Made by a program: the position numbers and the translations under genes | Part shown: in pieces, positions 60,446-64,000 of the stretch | Numbering within the stretch: position 1 is the stretch's first letter | Layout: each line of letters starts with the position of its first letter | The notes under the pieces: model-generated | What the model was told of the DNA's origin: nothing | What the model saw: only the letters and a program-made list of their open reading frames with translations | Database searches by the model: none | From: an uncultured Acidobacteriota bacterium | GTDB lineage: Bacteria; Acidobacteriota; Thermoanaerobaculia; Multivoradales; JAHEKO01 | Assembly: GCA_963713825.1 (NCBI GenBank) | Contig: CAVQNG010000003.1 | Coordinates: 512,001 to 576,000, forward strand | Direction of reading: 5' to 3' | Length of the DNA stretch: 64,000 nucleotides

Positions 60446-62218
60446 TCATTCCTCCGGGCCGCGATGCAAGGCTCTACTGAGAGCAGTCTTCTCCTCGAGC
60501 AGGGTCCGCAGACGATCATCGTCACCGGCTCGTTGCGCTTCGGAGATCTCGCCCGAGAGAACTCGCAAGCGGTGCTGCACCCAACGCCGATTCAGCTGGC
60601 CCAATGCCACACCCAGGCCGTTCGCCCCTTCAGCGATCGAACCTTCTAGCAGAAGCCGAGCCACTTGGTCAACTTCTTCGCTGTCGAGGGGCACGCTGGC
60701 CACGACCTCTTTCACTGCTGGCCGACGACCCTCTCCGTCCCTATATAGATCACAAAAAGTGCTGTAAATATTCCTGCAAGCAGGGATCAGGAACGCCTCC
60801 GGAGGAGGTAAGTCGTCGAACGAAGGGAGCTCTTCGTCCCCAGCCAGTAGGAGTTGCAGCGTCTGTTCTTCCAGACTTCGCACCAACTTGGGGCTTTTCT
60901 GGACATCGTCGGACGGGGCCTTCGCGTCCAGGTCCGGCTTGCCGCCGACCCTGCGCCAGAGGATCTCGACTGGCACGCCGAGCCGTTCCGAGGCCTTTTG
61001 ACTGTAGCTGTATCGCAGAATGCTGTCGCGAACCGACTGCAAAAGCTCGCTCACCTGCTTTCCTGCTTGGGCTTGCAGGCGGGGGTTCTGGTGAACGGCC
61101 GGCGGAATCAAGCGCTCGAGCTCCATCAGCACAGCATCCTCTGCCTCGGTCACCGCCCCGAGGACCGCTTCCGGTCCGTCCAAAGTGCGCAGAGAATCCG
61201 GATCCTGGTCTTGGCCAAACCGCGCACGCCTTACGGTCAGCCCCTGAGAAAGGAGGAGTGGAAGAACGCGTTGAAAAGCCTGCTCGCCCGCTTCGTCCCC
61301 GTCATAGCCCACCACCACCTCGCTGGCGAAGCGACTCAGCAGCCGCGCCTGATCTTCGGTGAGAGCCGTACCCATGGTAGCCACGGTGGCATCTACCCCG
61401 GAAGCCACGGCGCCCATGACATCAAAGTAGCCCTCGACTACCAGGGCCGTGCTGCTCTCCCGAATCGCCCTCTTCGCGAGGTCCAGCCCGTACAAGACAT
61501 ATCCTTTGCGGAAGGCCGCGGTCTCGTGACTGTTGATGTACTTCGCCCGATCGTCGGCCAGAGTGCGCCCGCCAAATCCCAATAGCCGACCCGAAGCCGC
61601 CCGGATCGGGAACATCAGCCGCTGACGAAAGCGATCGTAGTACTTGCCGGATTTCTGCGAGATGCCGACCAGGCCCGCTGCCTTGAGGTCGGCCAGCGGA
61701 ATCCGGGGATGCAGTGCTTCGAGAAGATGAGTCCACCCATCGGGCGCATAGCCGACACCGAAACGCTCCACCAGCTCCTGCGGCATCTGTCGCTTCTCGA
61801 GATAGGCCAGCGTTTCGGGCGACCGCTTCAAGGCGTCGATGAAGAACTGCGCGGCCGCCTCGAGTGCCGGCTCGAGATCCGGCTCCCGCGGGCCCCCTCT
61901 CTGCTGGCGCGGCGGCGGCAAAGGAACACCATAGCGACGAGCCAGCGTCTCGATGGCAGCGGGGAAGTCGTCGCCACTGAGTAGCATGTGGAGCTTGATG
62001 GCGTCACCACCACGGCCACAGCCGAAGCAATAGAACAGCCCCTGGACCGGGTCGACGCTGAACGAAGGGGTCTTCTCCCGATGCAACGGGCAACGACCCA
62101 TGTGCCGTCGCCCGCTCTTGCGGAGACGGGTGTGCTCGCCGGCGATATCGACGATATCCACCACGTCGCGCACCGCCTGCACGAACTGCGGCGTGAGTTG
62201 GATGTTGCTCAACGCCAT
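60446..62218 (-). CDS. dnaG: DNA primase
   Basis: [15 protein letters not shown] zinc finger, FGGR, KYINS, VVEGYFD, YDGDEAG, DPD. Confidence 0.96.
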   Translation of the reverse strand: MALSNIQLTPQFVQAVRDVVDIVDIAGEHTRLRKSGRRHMGRCPLHREKTPSFSVDPVQGLFYCFGCGRGGDAIKLHMLLSGDDFPAAIETLARRYGVPLPPPRQQRGGPREPDLEPALEAAAQFFIDALKRSPETLAYLEKRQMPQELVERFGVGYAPDGWTHLLEALHPRIPLADLKAAGLVGISQKSGKYYDRFRQRLMFPIRAASGRLLGFGGRTLADDRAKYINSHETAAFRKGYVLYGLDLAKRAIRESSTALVVEGYFDVMGAVASGVDATVATMGTALTEDQARLLSRFASEVVVGYDGDEAGEQAFQRVLPLLLSQGLTVRRARFGQDQDPDSLRTLDGPEAVLGAVTEAEDAVLMELERLIPPAVHQNPRLQAQAGKQVSELLQSVRDSILRYSYSQKASERLGVPVEILWRRVGGKPDLDAKAPSDDVQKSPKLVRSLEEQTLQLLLAGDEELPSFDDLPPPEAFLIPACRNIYSTFCDLYRDGEGRRPAVKEVVASVPLDSEEVDQVARLLLEGSIAEGANGLGVALGQLNRRWVQHRLRVLSGEISEAQRAGDDDRLRTLLEEKTALSRALHRGPEE

Positions 62219-64000
62219 TTACGATCTCCTCATGGTGACCACGGTGGCCCCATCCCCTCCCTCGTTACCGCGCCCAGGTCTGGATCCCGACACCGCCGGG
62301 TGGTCCCGAAGCGACTCGCGCACCGCCCGTCGCAGTCGGCCAGAGCCAAAACCATGAACGACTCGGACCTCGCGATGAGGGCTCAGCAGCGCACGATCCA
62401 GATAGCTGTCCAACTCATCGAGGGCCGGCTCCACACGCCACCCAATGAGGTTCAGCTCCTTGTCCAGCTCGGCCTCGTCTTCAGCCTCGCGTTGTAGTCG
62501 CACGGCCGGCTTCGAATCGGCGGGACTCACATCAGAGCTGCCGGCCGGCGCCAGATCCTCCAGCTCACAGCGAAATCGCTTGCCCCGCACCAGAACCTGG
62601 GCTCTAGTATCCCGAATCTCCTGCAGGGTTCCTACCCAACCGAGGCTCGAGTGCCTCACCTCGTCTCCGACTTCGATCGACCCTGCCGTGAATTCTTCCG
62701 CCAGCTCGACCCTCGGCGCTGCTTGAAAAAGGCGCTCCACCGCGGCCTCCGGCACTCTCTTCTTTCTGCCGGCCTCGAGCTGCTGCCGCATGGTCTCGAA
62801 CTCGGCCTGGAGCTGCCCTCTCACTTTGCGCCGAAAGGAATCCAACTCCTCCTTGAGCTTGGTGCCCAGCTGGCGGCGCTCGTCTTCGAGGGCCTCCCGC
62901 TGTTCCGACAAGGTCTCCAGCTCGTCCTCGAGAGCGAGTCTGGTGCGCTCCTGGAGAGTCTGTTCGTCCGCCAACTGCCGACGCACGACCTCGACCTCTT
63001 GAAGGAGCCGCTGCAAGTTGCGGTGCTCTGGGCCCAGGAGCTCTTCGGCCCGTTCGAGGAGACTGTCGGGCAGCCCCAGCCTGCCGGCCAGGGCCAAGGC
63101 TTCGCTACTGCCTGGAGCGCCGGGACGCAAACGATAGGTCGGTCGCCCGGTCTCTGAATCGAACTCCATAGCGGCGCAGGAGGCACCTGGACGCTCCAAT
63201 GCCATGGCGGCCAATTGCGACAGGTGCGTCGTCAAGACCGCCAGAGGCTCTTTCTCCAGAAGCTCCTCGACCAGAGCAACGGCAAGGGCGGCGCCCTCGT
63301 CCGGGTCGGTTCCCGAGCCCAACTCGTCGAGCAGGATCAGGCTGTCGGGGCCGGCCAACTCCCAGGCCTCTTTCAATCGCAGCAACCGACCACTGAAGGT
63401 CGAGCGATCAGCCAGCAGGTCCTGCTCATCGCCAACCGTGGCCACGACAGAAGAGAAGAAAGGAAACCGGGTACCGCTGTCTGCGGGAACCGGCAATCCA
63501 CACTGATGGGCCAAGGCCAGCAGCCCGACTGTCTTCAGAGCCACGGTCTTGCCGCCAGCGTTGGGACCGGTAATGACCAACAGGCGGCGCTGCTCGTCGA
63601 GCTCGACATCCAGTGGCACAACAGGCTCGACATGGCCCGATTGCCCCAGAGCCAACTGCCTCAGCTCCGCCAAGGCTGGGTCGAGAAGCGGATGCCTGGC
63701 GCCGATCAGCCGCAGCGAGTGACCCTCGGAGATCTCGGCCAAACGGCCCGAGCACAGGTCGGCAAAACGATCCATGCTCTGCAGCAGATCGAGCTCAGCC
63801 ACGAACTCTACCGTCGCCTCCAGATCGACCAGGGACTCCCGCACCTCCGCCAAGAGCTCGATGAAAATCCTGCGGCGTTCAGCCTCCTCTTCCTCCAGGG
63901 TCTCCTGCAAGCCGTTGTTGGCTTCCACGACACTCAGGGGCTCGAAGTAGAGGCTCTGACCGGTCCCTGATCGACCATGCACCAAGCCCTTGATACGACC
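62219..64000 (-). CDS. mutS2: endonuclease MutS2 (5' part outside window)
   Basis: ARHPLL, ITGPNAGGKT, STFSG, LDELGSGTDPDEG, C-terminal Smr domain VHGFGSGRLR. Confidence 0.93.
   Translation of the reverse strand, partial: GRIKGLVHGRSGTGQSLYFEPLSVVEANNGLQETLEEEEAERRRIFIELLAEVRESLVDLEATVEFVAELDLLQSMDRFADLCSGRLAEISEGHSLRLIGARHPLLDPALAELRQLALGQSGHVEPVVPLDVELDEQRRLLVITGPNAGGKTVALKTVGLLALAHQCGLPVPADSGTRFPFFSSVVATVGDEQDLLADRSTFSGRLLRLKEAWELAGPDSLILLDELGSGTDPDEGAALAVALVEELLEKEPLAVLTTHLSQLAAMALERPGASCAAMEFDSETGRPTYRLRPGAPGSSEALALAGRLGLPDSLLERAEELLGPEHRNLQRLLQEVEVVRRQLADEQTLQERTRLALEDELETLSEQREALEDERRQLGTKLKEELDSFRRKVRGQLQAEFETMRQQLEAGRKKRVPEAAVERLFQAAPRVELAEEFTAGSIEVGDEVRHSSLGWVGTLQEIRDTRAQVLVRGKRFRCELEDLAPAGSSDVSPADSKPAVRLQREAEDEAELDKELNLIGWRVEPALDELDSYLDRALLSPHREVRVVHGFGSGRLRRAVRESLRDHPAVSGSRPGRGNEGGDGATVVTMRRS

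Overview
GC-rich bacterial chromosomal segment, most likely from an Acidobacteriota (Thermoanaerobaculia-like) genome; the taxonomy is inference from protein style. It carries housekeeping loci (ricT/PSP1, purD, ispH, ppa, aceEF-lpdA, Rrf2-sufBCDSU, pckG, tRNA-Asn, rpoD-dnaG-mutS2) mixed with small detoxification/repair genes. The main hidden signal is three genes that the ORF track splits at in-frame TGA codons but that read as selenoproteins. There are 4 UGA codons in total; each sits at a catalytic Cys position and is followed by a SECIS-like hairpin. The genes are a PrdB/GrdB-like UxxC protein (4766-5518), an AhpD-like CxxU peroxidase (8713-9249), and a stand-alone MerB (organomercurial lyase)-like protein in which BOTH catalytic cysteines appear replaced by Sec (15094-15840), with no mer operon nearby. 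Other points: a telomere-like (TTAGGGGC)n G-quadruplex array, a modular dispersed intergenic repeat family (including a 27-bp perfect inverted repeat bracketing a subclass B1 metallo-beta-lactamase, and a nested GTAG-REP doublet), a secreted nuclease with a recently triplicated ~210-aa domain, and an ECF sigma factor with a Cys-rich C-terminal extension. All calls come from reading the sequence by eye; no database searches were run.
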